This document shows positions 29,501 through 39,351 of a stretch of 64,000 nucleotides of DNA, piece after piece. The notes below the pieces were generated by a model. The model made no database searches. It was not told the origin of the DNA and was given only the letters and a program-made list of their open reading frames with translations. Positions within the stretch are counted from its first letter, which is position 1. The number at the start of each line of letters is the position of its first letter. The stretch comes from Verrucomicrobiota bacterium (GTDB lineage: Bacteria > Verrucomicrobiota > Verrucomicrobiia > Opitutales > Opitutaceae), in the NCBI GenBank assembly GCA_023430825.1, contig JAEYYL010000003.1:3791-67790 (forward strand), written 5' to 3'. Position numbers and translations under genes: made by a program.

Positions 29501-32500
29501 CCGCTACCATCTCGCCCGGCTCAACACCGACGGTTCGCTCGACACGGCCTTCACCGTTAATCTCAGCGCCTCGGGCGCGGTCTTCACGATCGCGCTGCAA
29601 GCTGACGGACGCATCCTGCTCGGTGGTTCCTTCACCTCGATTCAGGCTTCGCCGACCGCCACCACGGTCACGCGCGCGTATGCGGCGCGGATCGCTGCCG
29701 ATGGGACGGTGGACGCGGCGTTCGATCCGGCCTTCAACGCCGCCGTCGACCGGATCATCATCCGCGCGGATGGAAAAATCCTCGCGTTGGGCAGTTTCTC
29801 CACGGTGCGGCCGAATGGCGCCAGCACAGCGACCAATCGCGCGTTCGCGGCGCAGTTCAACGCCGACGGGTCGTTCGACAGCAGCTTCGACCTGAAGCTC
29901 AACAGCACGGCCAACGAGGCCGTCGTCGAGGCGAACGGCAACATCGTGCTCGGCGGCTATTTCACCCGCATCCTGGATCAGTCGCGCAACTTCCTGGCGC
30001 GTATCACGCCCAACAATACGCTGGAGCCGTTCAACCCGAATGCCAACGGCCCGGTCACCAGCCTCGCCCGGCAGCCGGACGGGAAGATCCTCGTGTCCGG
30101 TCTTTTCAGCGCCCTGCAACCCAACGGCACGATCTATGATCCGGCGCTCGCCGTTCCGCGCAACCGGGCCGTCCGGCTCGAGGTCGACGGCACGGTCGAT
30201 CCCACCTTCAACCCGAATTTCAACGGCGACGTCACCGGACTCGTCCTCGGGACGGACTACATTGCCGCGTTCGGTGCGTTCAACGCCCTGCAACCAACCG
30301 GCGGGCTCTTGGTCGGCGGTGCCTTCGGGGCCGTCAACGGCGTCGCCGTCCGCAATCTCGCGCTCTTCGGTCGCGATGGCTCGATCAGCGCCACCTTCCT
30401 GCCGAATCCGAACGGCACCGTTTACGCCGTCCTGCCGCTGACGAACGGCCAGACCGTGATCGCCGGGGCGTTCACCGCGGTGACCGAGACGGAGCGCAAT
30501 CGCGTGGCCCGCTTCACCGCCGGCGACGAACTCGATCCGACCTTCAATCCCAACGTCGACGGCGATGTTTACGCCCTGGCGCTGCAAGCTGATGGGAAGC
30601 TCCTCATCGGCGGCAGCTTCACGAGCGTAGGGGGCACCGGCCGCACGAACCTCGCCCGGCTGAACGCCGACGGTTCGCTCGACGGATCGTTCGCTCCCGG
30701 GCTTGCCGGCGCGGTCCATAATATCCTCGTGCAACGCGATGGACGCGTGCTGATCACCCAGGAAATCTCCGACGGCAGCAATGCCCTGCTTCGGTTGAAT
30801 GCCGACGGCACGACCGACGGCAGCTTCAACGCGGCGAACAACGGCACCGTGCGCGCCATCGCGCTGCAGGTCAGCGGGCACATCTTCGCCGGCGGTAATT
30901 TCACCGCGATCGGTGGCGGCTCGCGCGCCAATCTCGCGCGATTGAACGCCGACGGTTCGCTCGATCCATCGTTCACCGCGGCTCCGAACGGCCCGGTTAC
31001 GGCGTTGTCGATCCAGCCCGATGGCAAGCTGATCCTCGGCGGCGAATTCAACGCCGTCGATGACGTGCCTCGCTTCGGCATCGCGCGTGTTGGCACCTCC
31101 AGCGTCGCGTCGGAAACGATCACGGTCGATGCGACCCGCACCGCCATCACTTGGGTTCGTGGCGCCAGCGCCGCGGAGATTAGCGGCGCAGTGTTCGAAA
31201 GCTCGAGCGATTACTTCACCTGGACGGTGCTCGGCACCGGTTCGCGCGTCGGGGCCACCGGCAACTGGCAGCTTTCGAACATCACCCTGCCGACGACGAC
31301 GCGTTTCTATGTGCGCGCGCGGGGTGTCGTGCCAGGCGCTCCTCGTGGTTCGTCCGGCGCCGTCACGGTGCAGACGCAGTTCTACGCGAGCAGCGTGGCG
31401 TCCACTCCGCCGCCGGCCGTCACCAGCCCGAGCATCGTCGGCGCCACCGTTGGTTCCAGCTTCCACTACGCGATCGAAGCGGACGGCCAGCCTGCCACCT
31501 ATTATGTCAGCAGCCTTCCGCCGGGACTCGTTTACGATCCGGTCACCGGAGTGATTTCAGGCACGCCGACGCAGGCGGGCGTTTATACCTTCATGGTCTA
31601 TGCCGGCAACGTCGGAGGCCAGGGTGGCCAGCCGCTGTCGATCTACATCGCGGCTTCGGCGGCGAATCCCCCCGGGAACGGCAAGTTGATCAACATTTCC
31701 GTCAACGCGCAGGTGACCTCCACCGAACCCATCATCGCCGGTTTCGTGATCGCCGGGCCGCTACCGCAAACGGTGTTGCTGCGCGCGGTCGGTCCGACCC
31801 TCGCCCCGGTCGGCGTTGCCAACCCGCTCGCGGAACCGCACCTCCGGCTTTACAATGCCTCCAACCAGGTCGTCGCCGAAAACGCCGGCTGGGCCGATAG
31901 CCCCACGCTCGCGGCGACGTTCGCCCGGGTCGGTGCCACGCCTCTTCTCGAGGGCAGCAAGGACGCCGCGATGCTGGTGACGCTCGCTCCCGGCCCCTAC
32001 ACGATGCATGTGTCGTCCGCGACCGGTGCGAGTGGCACGGCGGTGGCCGAGGCCTACGATGCGAGCGAGGACGCGTCGCGAACCTGGCCGCGCCTCGTCA
32101 ACATCTCCGGTCGCAGCCTGATCGACGACAACAACACGACCGCGACCGGCGGCTTCGTGATCGTCGGCAGTAGCACGCCACGCCGCGTCTTGATTCGCGG
32201 CGTCGGCCCGGCGATGGCCGGCGCCGTGACGAACGCGTTGGCCGATCCTACGCTCAAGCTCTATCGTGTGACGAGCGGCATGCCGGTTGTCATCGCGAGC
32301 AACGACAACTGGGGCACGCCGGTGACGGTTGACGCCCAGCATCCGCCCGCGACAGCGGCCGAGTTGACGGCGGCGGCGGCGACTGTGGGCACGGGCGCTT
32401 TCGGCGCCGGCAGCGCGGACGCGGCGATCATCGCCACGCTTCCGCCAGGTCTCTACACCGCCGAGGTCGGTCGCTCGGGCAGCGCGAGCGGCAGCACGGT

Positions 32501-32531
32501 CGTCGAGATTTACGAACTCGACGTGCCTTGA
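26574..32531 (+). CDS. giant secreted delta-60-repeat protein with Ig-like and duplicated C-terminal domains
   Basis: Signal peptide from the ATG at 26574. Dozens of ~50-aa repeats (RLNxDGSLDxxFNPxxxGxVxAxxxQxDGKxLxGGxFTxV). An He_PIG-like segment (PPGLVYDPVTGVISGTPTQAGVYTF). Two related ~130-aa terminal domains. Confidence 0.8.
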   Translation: MFIVPAFRFVLRLIGVALVASLTPALLAQSSSAAIDGFDPNVDGNVYALVVQPDGKVVIAGNFTSVRPNGLGTGVARTNIARLLPNGHNDDSFSATVGGQINAISRQADGKLVIGGRFTSVNGVPRNRVARLNADGSLDATFDPNVGGGFTPEVNAVLVQPDGRVLVGGGFTTVQPNGAATATTRNRIARFHADGSLDTGFNPNANSFVLSLAVQADGRILIGGGFTSLQPNGASAATVRHRIARLNVDGTLDASFDPKANNAVTAIEPLPNGQILIGGSFTTLHPNGAETAATRATRIARLNSDGTTDADFNGYADGQVYTMKVQANGQILVGGSFSAAGDGSRAYFARLQATGTMDFSYSPGPNFNVYAIGLQSDGSAVIGGGFIALATRGGTAMVRNHVARVLSTGVLDANFNPDANGRLRTMATLSDGRILVVGAFNSIGGVTRYGIARLEANGALDPTFNADIDGGQVSVILEQSDKKILLGGAFTRVNGAARTNFARLNADGTLDGDFNVAFDSTVNAIVQRADGKLLVGGAFSSLLAHGATTATARSYIALLDTNGTHDTGFLPSTDAAVRAIALQGDGKIILGGSFMRASGHQVNAIFDRIGLVRLNTNGTIDEGFNPAVITGGSSVGSVFAIAVQADNKIVVGGDFDEVLPSNGTTRAARANLVRFNNDGTLDTDFDPNPNDQVFSIAQQADAKLLIGGRFTTLQPDKTGDVHTRNFVARLQDNGDVDAAFNLDLDVIPGNQVVKVLPTSGGQVLVGGAFSTLNTSNAATLVRRDRLVRVNNDGTVDSAFNAGLASATGAPIQALSVQSDGRLIAAGSFTGFGGTAATNLARFNLDSSPDVSFTPAVDGPVYAVAQQLTKGESVLTPRSGFAVLENNGLLRPGFAVPADVGLPTIYTIVVQSDGKLLIGGTGFTVPGGGTSLVRLNRDGSLDTTFKPQTKGDVYVIVPLADGKFLVGGAFNKVGDVDRYHLARLNTDGSLDTAFTVNLSASGAVFTIALQADGRILLGGSFTSIQASPTATTVTRAYAARIAADGTVDAAFDPAFNAAVDRIIIRADGKILALGSFSTVRPNGASTATNRAFAAQFNADGSFDSSFDLKLNSTANEAVVEANGNIVLGGYFTRILDQSRNFLARITPNNTLEPFNPNANGPVTSLARQPDGKILVSGLFSALQPNGTIYDPALAVPRNRAVRLEVDGTVDPTFNPNFNGDVTGLVLGTDYIAAFGAFNALQPTGGLLVGGAFGAVNGVAVRNLALFGRDGSISATFLPNPNGTVYAVLPLTNGQTVIAGAFTAVTETERNRVARFTAGDELDPTFNPNVDGDVYALALQADGKLLIGGSFTSVGGTGRTNLARLNADGSLDGSFAPGLAGAVHNILVQRDGRVLITQEISDGSNALLRLNADGTTDGSFNAANNGTVRAIALQVSGHIFAGGNFTAIGGGSRANLARLNADGSLDPSFTAAPNGPVTALSIQPDGKLILGGEFNAVDDVPRFGIARVGTSSVASETITVDATRTAITWVRGASAAEISGAVFESSSDYFTWTVLGTGSRVGATGNWQLSNITLPTTTRFYVRARGVVPGAPRGSSGAVTVQTQFYASSVASTPPPAVTSPSIVGATVGSSFHYAIEADGQPATYYVSSLPPGLVYDPVTGVISGTPTQAGVYTFMVYAGNVGGQGGQPLSIYIAASAANPPGNGKLINISVNAQVTSTEPIIAGFVIAGPLPQTVLLRAVGPTLAPVGVANPLAEPHLRLYNASNQVVAENAGWADSPTLAATFARVGATPLLEGSKDAAMLVTLAPGPYTMHVSSATGASGTAVAEAYDASEDASRTWPRLVNISGRSLIDDNNTTATGGFVIVGSSTPRRVLIRGVGPAMAGAVTNALADPTLKLYRVTSGMPVVIASNDNWGTPVTVDAQHPPATAAELTAAAATVGTGAFGAGSADAAIIATLPPGLYTAEVGRSGSASGSTVVEIYELDVP
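26673..31090 (+). repeat. in-frame coding tandem repeats (delta-60 modules) inside the giant ORF
   Basis: Recurrent protein-level motif and recurrent nucleotide strings such as cgcgcggctgaa(c/t)gccgacggc... These are coding repeats, not a CRISPR array. Confidence 0.7.
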
Positions 32532-32538
32532 GTGACGA

Positions 32539-32560
32539 GGGCCGGCGTTTTTGCCGGCCC
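32539..32560 (+). terminator. stem-loop after the giant ORF
   Basis: gggccggc-gttttt-gccggccc immediately after the stop codon. There is no long T-run. Confidence 0.5.
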
Positions 32561-32848
32561 TTCGTTCAGTGCTAGAGCAGCTCACATAGAGTCGTAGCCG
32601 GTTGTAGGAGCCAGCTCGCAGGCGATGTCGATCGTTCGCACACCGAATCGCCTGCAAGCAGGCTCCTGCCTCCCATCCGGCAGTGACTATAGCTTTCGTG
32701 AAAACGCGCTAGCTAACCGCAGGTGTCCGTGCCGCCTGCTTGGTTTGCGTAGGTGGCGCGCTTGTCGCCACGTTGCGCGCGAGCGCGCCACGGACGATCG
32801 CGCAGCCAGGCGCGGACGCCTGCCGCGACGCATCGCGACGCGTCCGCG

Positions 32849-34369
32849 TCACCAGTCGTCGGACCGAAAAGGCGCCGCCGGGAGCCCGGCGCCGTTGTAG
32901 AGATTGGCCACCGGCGCGTTGAACCACGCATAGCGCACCGCCACCGGCTCCTTCACTTTCGGCGAGGAAACGACGAGCGTGTTGCGCTCGATCCGCGCGG
33001 TGGCGGGATGAAATATCCTGTCGGCGCCGGCGATTTCGAGCGATTGCACCGGCCGGCCGTGCGCGACGAGGCCGCCATCGGCGTGCGAGAACTCCACGCG
33101 CATCGCCGGTCCTTCGCGTGATGCTTTTTCGAATACAGGCCCGACGTGGTCGCCAGCGATCCCATACACCTGCGCCTTCGCGATGGCCGCGAGCCGCCGC
33201 GCGACCTCGAGCTTCCGCTTCGGATGGATGTCGTCCGGATCGCCGAGATCGATCGCCACGGCCATGCCGGTCGCCGGGAGCGCGAGCGCTTTGGTCTGCG
33301 CTTCGCGCAGTCGCGCCCATTTGCGCCCACCAGCCTCGTCGCTCGCATAGTTCGGGAGCTGCACGAAATAAAACGGCAGCGGCTCGGCGGCGGCGGGACG
33401 CCAGTTCGCGCGCCACGCGCGGATCATTGCGGGAAACAGTTCCGCGTATTCGGCGGCGCGGTCGGTGTTCGATTCGCCCTGATACCACAACACGCCGCGC
33501 AGCGCTGCCGGCTGCAGCGGCGCGATCATGGCGTTGAAGAGGCTGCCCGGGCGTTCGGGCGAATCGGGCGTGGCCGGTGGCGGGGGCCACGGCACGGCGT
33601 TTTTGGCGCCCGCGGCTTTCGCCTGTTCCTCCGCTTTCTGCCAGGCGGCCATCTCCGCTGGATAACGCGCGACGCGCTCGGGCGTCCACTCGCGCAGCGC
33701 GTCCTGCCAGCGGGTTTCGATCGCCGCGTCGAGCGACGTCGCCCGGCGTGCGGTGTCGCTCATCCACGCTTCGATCGGCGTGCCGCCCCACGAGCTGTTC
33801 ACGATGCCGACCGGAACGCCGGTTTTGCGGTGAATTTCGCGGGCGAAGAAATAACCGATGGCCGAGAACTCGCCGACGGTGGCGGGAGTCGCCGGTTGCC
33901 AGCCGCTCGTGCGGGCGGTGTAGGCGGGCGGGGCGGCGACGGCGCGTTCGATCTTCAAATGGCGCACGAGCGGCAGGTCGATCGCCGCGAGTTTCCGTTC
34001 GTCTTCGTGCGCCTGCGCCACCGGCCACTCCATGTTCGACTGGCCGGACACGAGCCAGAGTTCGCCGACTACGACGTCGCGCACGGTCACAGTTTCCTTC
34101 CCCGCGACGATGAGATCGGCCGGCTCGCTGCTCGCAGCGAGAGCGTTCAGGTGAACGATCCAGCGACCGCTCGCGTCCGCGGTGGTCCTCACGGTCTGTT
34201 CGCGAAACGTCACGGCGATCTTCTCGCGCGGTGCGGACCGGCCCCACACGGGCAGCGGCTGGTCGCACTGCAGCACGGCATGATCGCTGAAGAGCGGGGC
34301 GAGGGTGATTTCGGAGAAGGCGGCGACGGGAACCAGCATGAGCAGCGACAGCGGCAGGCGGAAATTCAT
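32849..34369 (-). CDS. sialate O-acetylesterase-like (SGNH/SASA) carbohydrate esterase
   Basis: Signal peptide from the ATG at 34369. LWLVSGQSNMEWP catalytic serine motif. The C-terminal half matches the SASA family pattern. Confidence 0.8.
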   Translation of the reverse strand: MNFRLPLSLLMLVPVAAFSEITLAPLFSDHAVLQCDQPLPVWGRSAPREKIAVTFREQTVRTTADASGRWIVHLNALAASSEPADLIVAGKETVTVRDVVVGELWLVSGQSNMEWPVAQAHEDERKLAAIDLPLVRHLKIERAVAAPPAYTARTSGWQPATPATVGEFSAIGYFFAREIHRKTGVPVGIVNSSWGGTPIEAWMSDTARRATSLDAAIETRWQDALREWTPERVARYPAEMAAWQKAEEQAKAAGAKNAVPWPPPPATPDSPERPGSLFNAMIAPLQPAALRGVLWYQGESNTDRAAEYAELFPAMIRAWRANWRPAAAEPLPFYFVQLPNYASDEAGGRKWARLREAQTKALALPATGMAVAIDLGDPDDIHPKRKLEVARRLAAIAKAQVYGIAGDHVGPVFEKASREGPAMRVEFSHADGGLVAHGRPVQSLEIAGADRIFHPATARIERNTLVVSSPKVKEPVAVRYAWFNAPVANLYNGAGLPAAPFRSDDW

Positions 34370-34454
34370 GGGGTGCCCCGCGACGATTGCGCGCGCGGTG
34401 GGATTTTCCAGTGTGAAGTCGCGCGCTGGCACGCCGCTATCGCGGAGGAGTGGG

Positions 34455-35990
34455 TTACGACGCACCCTCGGCGTCCAGTGGCTCGGCCGTGGCCGTTTCT
34501 TCGCCTTCCCCGAGGGCGGAGCGGTTGAGAAAGCGATGCAGTTCCTCCGCCATCCGTGCGCCGAAGCCCTCGACCTCGGCGATCTCCTCCACGCTCGCCG
34601 CGCGCAGCCGGTCGATGCTGCCAAAATGCGCGAGCAGCGCCGCGCGCCGCACCGGACCGAGGCCGGCGAAATCCTCCAGCACGCTCTCGCGAATCTTTTT
34701 CGAACGCAGCACGGCGTTGTAGGTGTTGGCGAAGCGGTGCGCTTCGTCGCGCACGCGCTGGAGGAGGTTCAGGCCCGGATGTGTCAGCGGCAGATTGAGC
34801 GGCGCGCGTTCGTCGGGGAAGAACACGGTCTCGTGTTTCTTCGCGAGGCCGATGATCGGGGGCGGCATCGCATCGAGTCCGACGAACGCCTTCAGCGCGG
34901 CGCCGATCTGCCCGCGGCCGCCGTCGATCACGACGAGGTCGGGAAATAGTTTTCCCTCCTCGGCGAGTCGGCGGTAGCGGCGACCGACGACTTCCTCCAT
35001 CGCGCGAAAGTCGTCGTTGCCGATGAAGCTCTTGATCTGGAAACGCCGGTAGTTGTTTTTGTCGGGCCGGCCGTTGGCGAAGTGAACCATCGAGGCGACG
35101 ACGAACGTGCCGGAGATGTGCGAGATGTCGAAGCACTCGATCGTGCGCGGCGGGCCGCCGAGCGAGAGCGCTTCGCCGAGCGTGCGCAACGCTTCCTCGT
35201 CGGCGGCGGGGCGCGTGGGATCGAGGCGCTCGAAGCGGCGCGTTTTGCGCAGCGTTTCCTCGAGCGCGAACACGATGTCGCGCAGCTCCGCGGCTTTTTC
35301 GAAATGCTGGCCGGCGGCCGCCTGCATCATCTCGGCGCGGAGCGTCTCGAGCCACTCGCGCGACTTGCCTTCGAGAAACGCCGCGGCGTCGTCGACGCGC
35401 CGGCGATAGGCTTCCGTCGTGACGGTAGTGAGGCCGCCGTAGATTTCCTGGCGCACGTCGTCGTAGAGCCGCCACGTGCCATCGGGCAGTTTTTCGGGCG
35501 TGCCGTCGCCGAGCAGGATGCCGAACTGGCGGCGCATCTGCGCGAGCGTTTTGCGGAGCAGCCCGCTGTGGGCGAAGGGGCCGAAGTAGCGCGAACGGTC
35601 GTCCTTCTTGATGCGGGTGAGCCGGAAGCGCGGGAGCTCCTCATGTGGATCGACGCGGACGAGGAGAAAGCGTTTATCGTCAGTGAAGTCGGTGTTGTAG
35701 CGCGGGCGCCACTGCTTGATCAGCTTGCCCTCGAGCAACAGTGCCTCCGGCTCGGACTTCACCTCGATCGTCTCGAAATCGCTGATGAGCGGGATGAGCG
35801 CGCGGATTTTGGGCTGCATGACGAGCCGCGCGCGGCCTTGTTGAAAATAGGATGAAACACGCTTCTTCAGGCTGCGCGCCTTGCCGACGTAAATGATTCG
35901 GCCGAGCCGGTCTTTCATCAGATACACGCCCGGCTTGTCCGGCAGATGCCGGACCTTCTCCTTGAGATTTCCCGGGTCGCTCGCTGGCAT
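34455..35990 (-). CDS. uvrC: excinuclease ABC subunit C
   Basis: GIY-YIG motif (GVYLMKDRLGRIIYVGKA), UVR-like helix, endonuclease domain and C-terminal HhH. Confidence 0.9.
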   Translation of the reverse strand: MPASDPGNLKEKVRHLPDKPGVYLMKDRLGRIIYVGKARSLKKRVSSYFQQGRARLVMQPKIRALIPLISDFETIEVKSEPEALLLEGKLIKQWRPRYNTDFTDDKRFLLVRVDPHEELPRFRLTRIKKDDRSRYFGPFAHSGLLRKTLAQMRRQFGILLGDGTPEKLPDGTWRLYDDVRQEIYGGLTTVTTEAYRRRVDDAAAFLEGKSREWLETLRAEMMQAAAGQHFEKAAELRDIVFALEETLRKTRRFERLDPTRPAADEEALRTLGEALSLGGPPRTIECFDISHISGTFVVASMVHFANGRPDKNNYRRFQIKSFIGNDDFRAMEEVVGRRYRRLAEEGKLFPDLVVIDGGRGQIGAALKAFVGLDAMPPPIIGLAKKHETVFFPDERAPLNLPLTHPGLNLLQRVRDEAHRFANTYNAVLRSKKIRESVLEDFAGLGPVRRAALLAHFGSIDRLRAASVEEIAEVEGFGARMAEELHRFLNRSALGEGEETATAEPLDAEGAS

Positions 35991-36026
35991 TTTGTTAGAT
36001 TCCGCCTAATCTCGGACCTCGCAAGT

Positions 36027-37358
36027 ATGGTTTCATCCGTTCACGCCGGGCAGCCCTCCAAGCCGATCAGACAGGTTCATTACGAACTGCTGACCATGGG
36101 CGACGAACTTCTGCTGGGCCTCACGACGAACAGCCATCTGGCGTTTATCGGGCAGCAGCTCGGCCGGCGCGGGGTGATTTTGGACCGAAATGTCACGGTG
36201 ACGGATGAGGCCGACGCGATCGCGCGGCAGTTTCGCGAGAGCTGGCCGCGCTCGGATGTGGTGATCACGACCGGTGGCCTCGGGCCGACGTGCGACGATC
36301 GCACGCGTGACGTGCTCGCCGCAGTGCTCGGGCAGAAACTGGTGTTCGATCCGGCGATCGAGCAGGCGATCGCGGAGCGCTTCGCGGCCTTTGGCCGGAA
36401 GATGACGGCGAACAATCTCAAGCAGGCGTATCGTTTCGAGCACGGCGAGGTGTTGCCCAATCCGCACGGCACGGCGCCGGGTCTCTGGGTCGAGCAGGAA
36501 GGCCGCATCCTGTGCATGCTGCCCGGGCCGACCAACGAGCTGCAGCCAATGTTCATCGACCATGTCCTGCCGCGGCTCGCACAGCGCGGGCTGTTGCTCG
36601 ATCGCGAGGCGTATGTGCAGATTCGCACCGCCGGCATCGGAGAATCCGCGCTCGAGATGAGGCTGCAGCCGATCTTCGACCGCTACGGCGAGGCGCTGAA
36701 TGTGGCGTTCTGTGCGCATCAGGGGATGGTCGACTGCCGGGTGAGTTCGGCGAATGGCTCGCTCACCTTGGCGCAACTCGACGTCGCGGCGCGCGAGTGT
36801 GGGCGGCTGCTCGGCGAGGATCTGACGTGTTACGGACACGATTCGCTGGCGAAGATTGCGAGCGATCTGTTGCGCACCCAAGAGAAGCGGCTTGCCGTGG
36901 CGGAGACGGGCACGGGCGGGATGCTGGCGAACGCTTTCAGCGAGATTTCCAGCGCGTGCAAATTTTTCGCCGGCGGGGTCGTGTGCTGCAACAACGACGC
37001 GCGGATGCAGCTCCTCGACGTGCCCGAATGCCTGTTACTGCAGCATGGCGCGGTGAGCGCCGAGTGCGCCGTGGCGATGGCGACCGGTGCGGCAGAAACG
37101 CTGGGCGCTGACTACGCGCTGGCGGTGACGGGTTTTGGCGGCGAGGCGACGGGCGCGGGCGGGAATCCCGTCGGCACCATCTACCTCGCGCTGCACGCGC
37201 CACATGGCGTGTGGTCGAAGAAGCTGAGTTACCCGGGACCGCGGGCGACGGTGAAGATTCGCGCGGTGAATGCCGCGCTCGACTGGCTGCGCCGCGAATT
37301 GCTGCGCGTGGCGAGCGGCGCGGTGACGCCGGTGCGACGCAGCGGAGTGATGCAGTAG
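36027..37358 (+). CDS. cinA: CinA-family competence/damage-inducible protein (MoCF-binding domain plus nicotinamide-nucleotide amidase domain)
   Basis: MGDELLLG...TTGGLGPTCDD N-domain. C-terminal ...TGTGGMLA... PncC-like domain. Confidence 0.85.
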   Translation: MVSSVHAGQPSKPIRQVHYELLTMGDELLLGLTTNSHLAFIGQQLGRRGVILDRNVTVTDEADAIARQFRESWPRSDVVITTGGLGPTCDDRTRDVLAAVLGQKLVFDPAIEQAIAERFAAFGRKMTANNLKQAYRFEHGEVLPNPHGTAPGLWVEQEGRILCMLPGPTNELQPMFIDHVLPRLAQRGLLLDREAYVQIRTAGIGESALEMRLQPIFDRYGEALNVAFCAHQGMVDCRVSSANGSLTLAQLDVAARECGRLLGEDLTCYGHDSLAKIASDLLRTQEKRLAVAETGTGGMLANAFSEISSACKFFAGGVVCCNNDARMQLLDVPECLLLQHGAVSAECAVAMATGAAETLGADYALAVTGFGGEATGAGGNPVGTIYLALHAPHGVWSKKLSYPGPRATVKIRAVNAALDWLRRELLRVASGAVTPVRRSGVMQ

Positions 37359-37670
37359 CGCAGACGGCGGCGGAATTTTTTTGGTTCGTCGCCAGTCAGA
37401 AAACCTTGGAGCCGCGGCGCCCTCGCCGCGTTTGGAGAGCGAACCGCGGAGGGGAAGGCGACTACATCTGCATCCTGCGACGCGCCCTCTCCCGGCACTG
37501 AGGTAGTCCGGGAGTGAAAACAGCTCGTCCACGGAGAACGCGACATACCCGAAAATTGAGCCCGAGTCGTCTCGGCCGGTTGGGGAACGGAAGGTGATCA
37601 AGCCCGACGGGGCGTGGGCGCCACCTTCTATGGCATGAGCTCGTATCGGCTGAGGTTGTTGCCGTTACCG

Positions 37671-38207
37671 TTACCGCAACCATGCGTGAACGATTGCGCC
37701 GTGTGCGCCGGTCAGCGGATCGCCTTCGGGCAGCGGCACGCGGGCGATGCGATCGTCCGCGGCGGGGCGTTCGCCGGAGCGGCCGCGCAGGAGATCGGCG
37801 TCCTGGCCGTTTGGATACCCGCCGACGACGTGAAAATCCTCGCTGGCACCGAGATTCTGATGCGCGGTGCCCGCCGGCAGCACGATCATATCGCCGGCTT
37901 CGACCACGAGCGTGGCGCCGACGCTGCCCCCGAGGCGCAGCGACGCGCGTCCGCGATAAACGCCGAGCACTTCGTGCGCGGTGCTGTGATAATGCGGAAA
38001 TTCGTAGATCCCGTAGCGCCATGCGGCGCGCCAGTGGTGTTTCGGCCAGGTTTTTTCGAACCACGTGGCGAGGGTGGCCGCGTCGCGCGCCGCCTCGCCG
38101 GCTGCACCGGCGACGTTTCTATAGACGAGAACCGGCAGGCGGGGATTGTTCGGAATTGCTCCGGCGTCGCCGAAGCGAAACGTGAGCAGCTCGAGCGCGT
38201 CGGCCAT
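37671..38207 (-). CDS. cupin-domain protein
   Basis: HYHSTAHEVLGVYRG...GDMIVLPAGTAH two-motif cupin signature. Confidence 0.7.
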   Translation of the reverse strand: MADALELLTFRFGDAGAIPNNPRLPVLVYRNVAGAAGEAARDAATLATWFEKTWPKHHWRAAWRYGIYEFPHYHSTAHEVLGVYRGRASLRLGGSVGATLVVEAGDMIVLPAGTAHQNLGASEDFHVVGGYPNGQDADLLRGRSGERPAADDRIARVPLPEGDPLTGAHGAIVHAWLR

Positions 38208-38300
38208 GCGTCGAACGGTGGGAGGCGCGAACGATTTCGCAACCGCCTCCGGGCCGGGCGGGGCGCCGTGTGGGTCAGCGGGGCACCGCGAGGGCGCCGC

Positions 38301-39209
38301 TCAGCCCAGCAAATTTTTCAGTGCGGCCAGATATTTCTCCTGCGTGCGCGCGATGACTTCGGCGGGAAGGCGCGGGGCCGGCGGTTTCTGGTCCCAGTTG
38401 ATGGCGACGAGGTGATCGCGCACGAATTGTTTGTCGAAACTCGGCGGCGACTGGTTGGGCGCGTAGCTTTCGGCCGGCCAGTAGCGCGAGGAGTCGGGCG
38501 TGAGCACTTCGTCGATGAGGAAGAGATTGCCGGCGGCGTCGGTGCCGAATTCGAACTTGGTGTCGGCGAGGATCATGCCGGCGCGTTTTGCGCGTTCGTG
38601 GCCGAAGCGGTAGAGCGCGAGGCTGGTGGCTTTGACCTTTTCGTAGAGGTCGGCCCCGATCGCGGCGGCGCCTTGCGCGTCGTCGATCGGTTCGTCGTGC
38701 TGGCCCTTGGGCGCCTTGGTCGTCGGCGTGAAAATGGGTTCGGGCAGACGGTCGGCCTGGCGGAGGCCAGCGGGAAGACGGATGCCGCAAACCGCGCCGG
38801 TTTTCTGGTAGGAACTCCAGCCGCTGCCGATGAGATAGCCGCGGGCGACGCACTCGATAGTGAGGGGCTTGAGTTTGCGGACGACCATGCTGCGAAGCTG
38901 GAGATCGCGGGAGAGTTTGTATTTTTCGGCGAGGAGGCGGGCTTGATCAGGGAGGAGGTGGTTTTGGATCAGGCCGCTGGTTTGGGCGAACCACCAGTTG
39001 CTGATCTGGGTGAGGATCGCCCCTTTGCCGGGGATGCCGTCAGGGAGGATGACGTCGAAAGCGGACAGTCGGTCGGTGGCGACGAGCAGGAGAGCGTCGC
39101 CGAGATCGAAGATTTCGCGGACCTTGCCAGAGGCGAGGCGAGGGAAGGGAAGATCGACGGACGTGACAGCGTGGGAGGGCAATTCGGCGGCGATGTCGGC
39201 AAAAGTCAT
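38301..39209 (-). CDS. purC: phosphoribosylaminoimidazole-succinocarboxamide (SAICAR) synthase
   Basis: SGKVREIFD..., LIDEVLTPDSSRYW. ATG at 39209. The track's 5' extension would run into the tRNA. Confidence 0.9.
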   Translation of the reverse strand: MTFADIAAELPSHAVTSVDLPFPRLASGKVREIFDLGDALLLVATDRLSAFDVILPDGIPGKGAILTQISNWWFAQTSGLIQNHLLPDQARLLAEKYKLSRDLQLRSMVVRKLKPLTIECVARGYLIGSGWSSYQKTGAVCGIRLPAGLRQADRLPEPIFTPTTKAPKGQHDEPIDDAQGAAAIGADLYEKVKATSLALYRFGHERAKRAGMILADTKFEFGTDAAGNLFLIDEVLTPDSSRYWPAESYAPNQSPPSFDKQFVRDHLVAINWDQKPPAPRLPAEVIARTQEKYLAALKNLLG

Positions 39210-39351
39210 CGAGTGGGGATTGCAGCGAAAGGGCGGCGATGGCCAAACCAATTTGGAGGGAGAGTAGGGAAAGGGAGTGCGGCGAAGATTAGGCGGAAAT
39301 TTGGCCTTGCGCAGGGAGGGTGGCCCCGTAGCGTCCGCGACTCCGTGGTTG

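Noticed and set aside
26673-31090. Regularly recurring nucleotide strings that might suggest a CRISPR array or satellite.
   Set aside because: The repeats are in-frame protein repeats (delta-60 modules) of variable sequence, without conserved direct repeats and unique spacers. No cas genes are present in the window.
26496-34268. ORFs of 590 to 1049 aa antisense to, or out of frame with, the giant repeat gene and the esterase gene (26496-28268, 28317-31466, 32709-34268, 33146-34528).
   Set aside because: They are mirror-frame artefacts of a GC-rich repetitive gene. They have no start context or motifs and are extremely Arg/Gly/Asp/Glu-rich.
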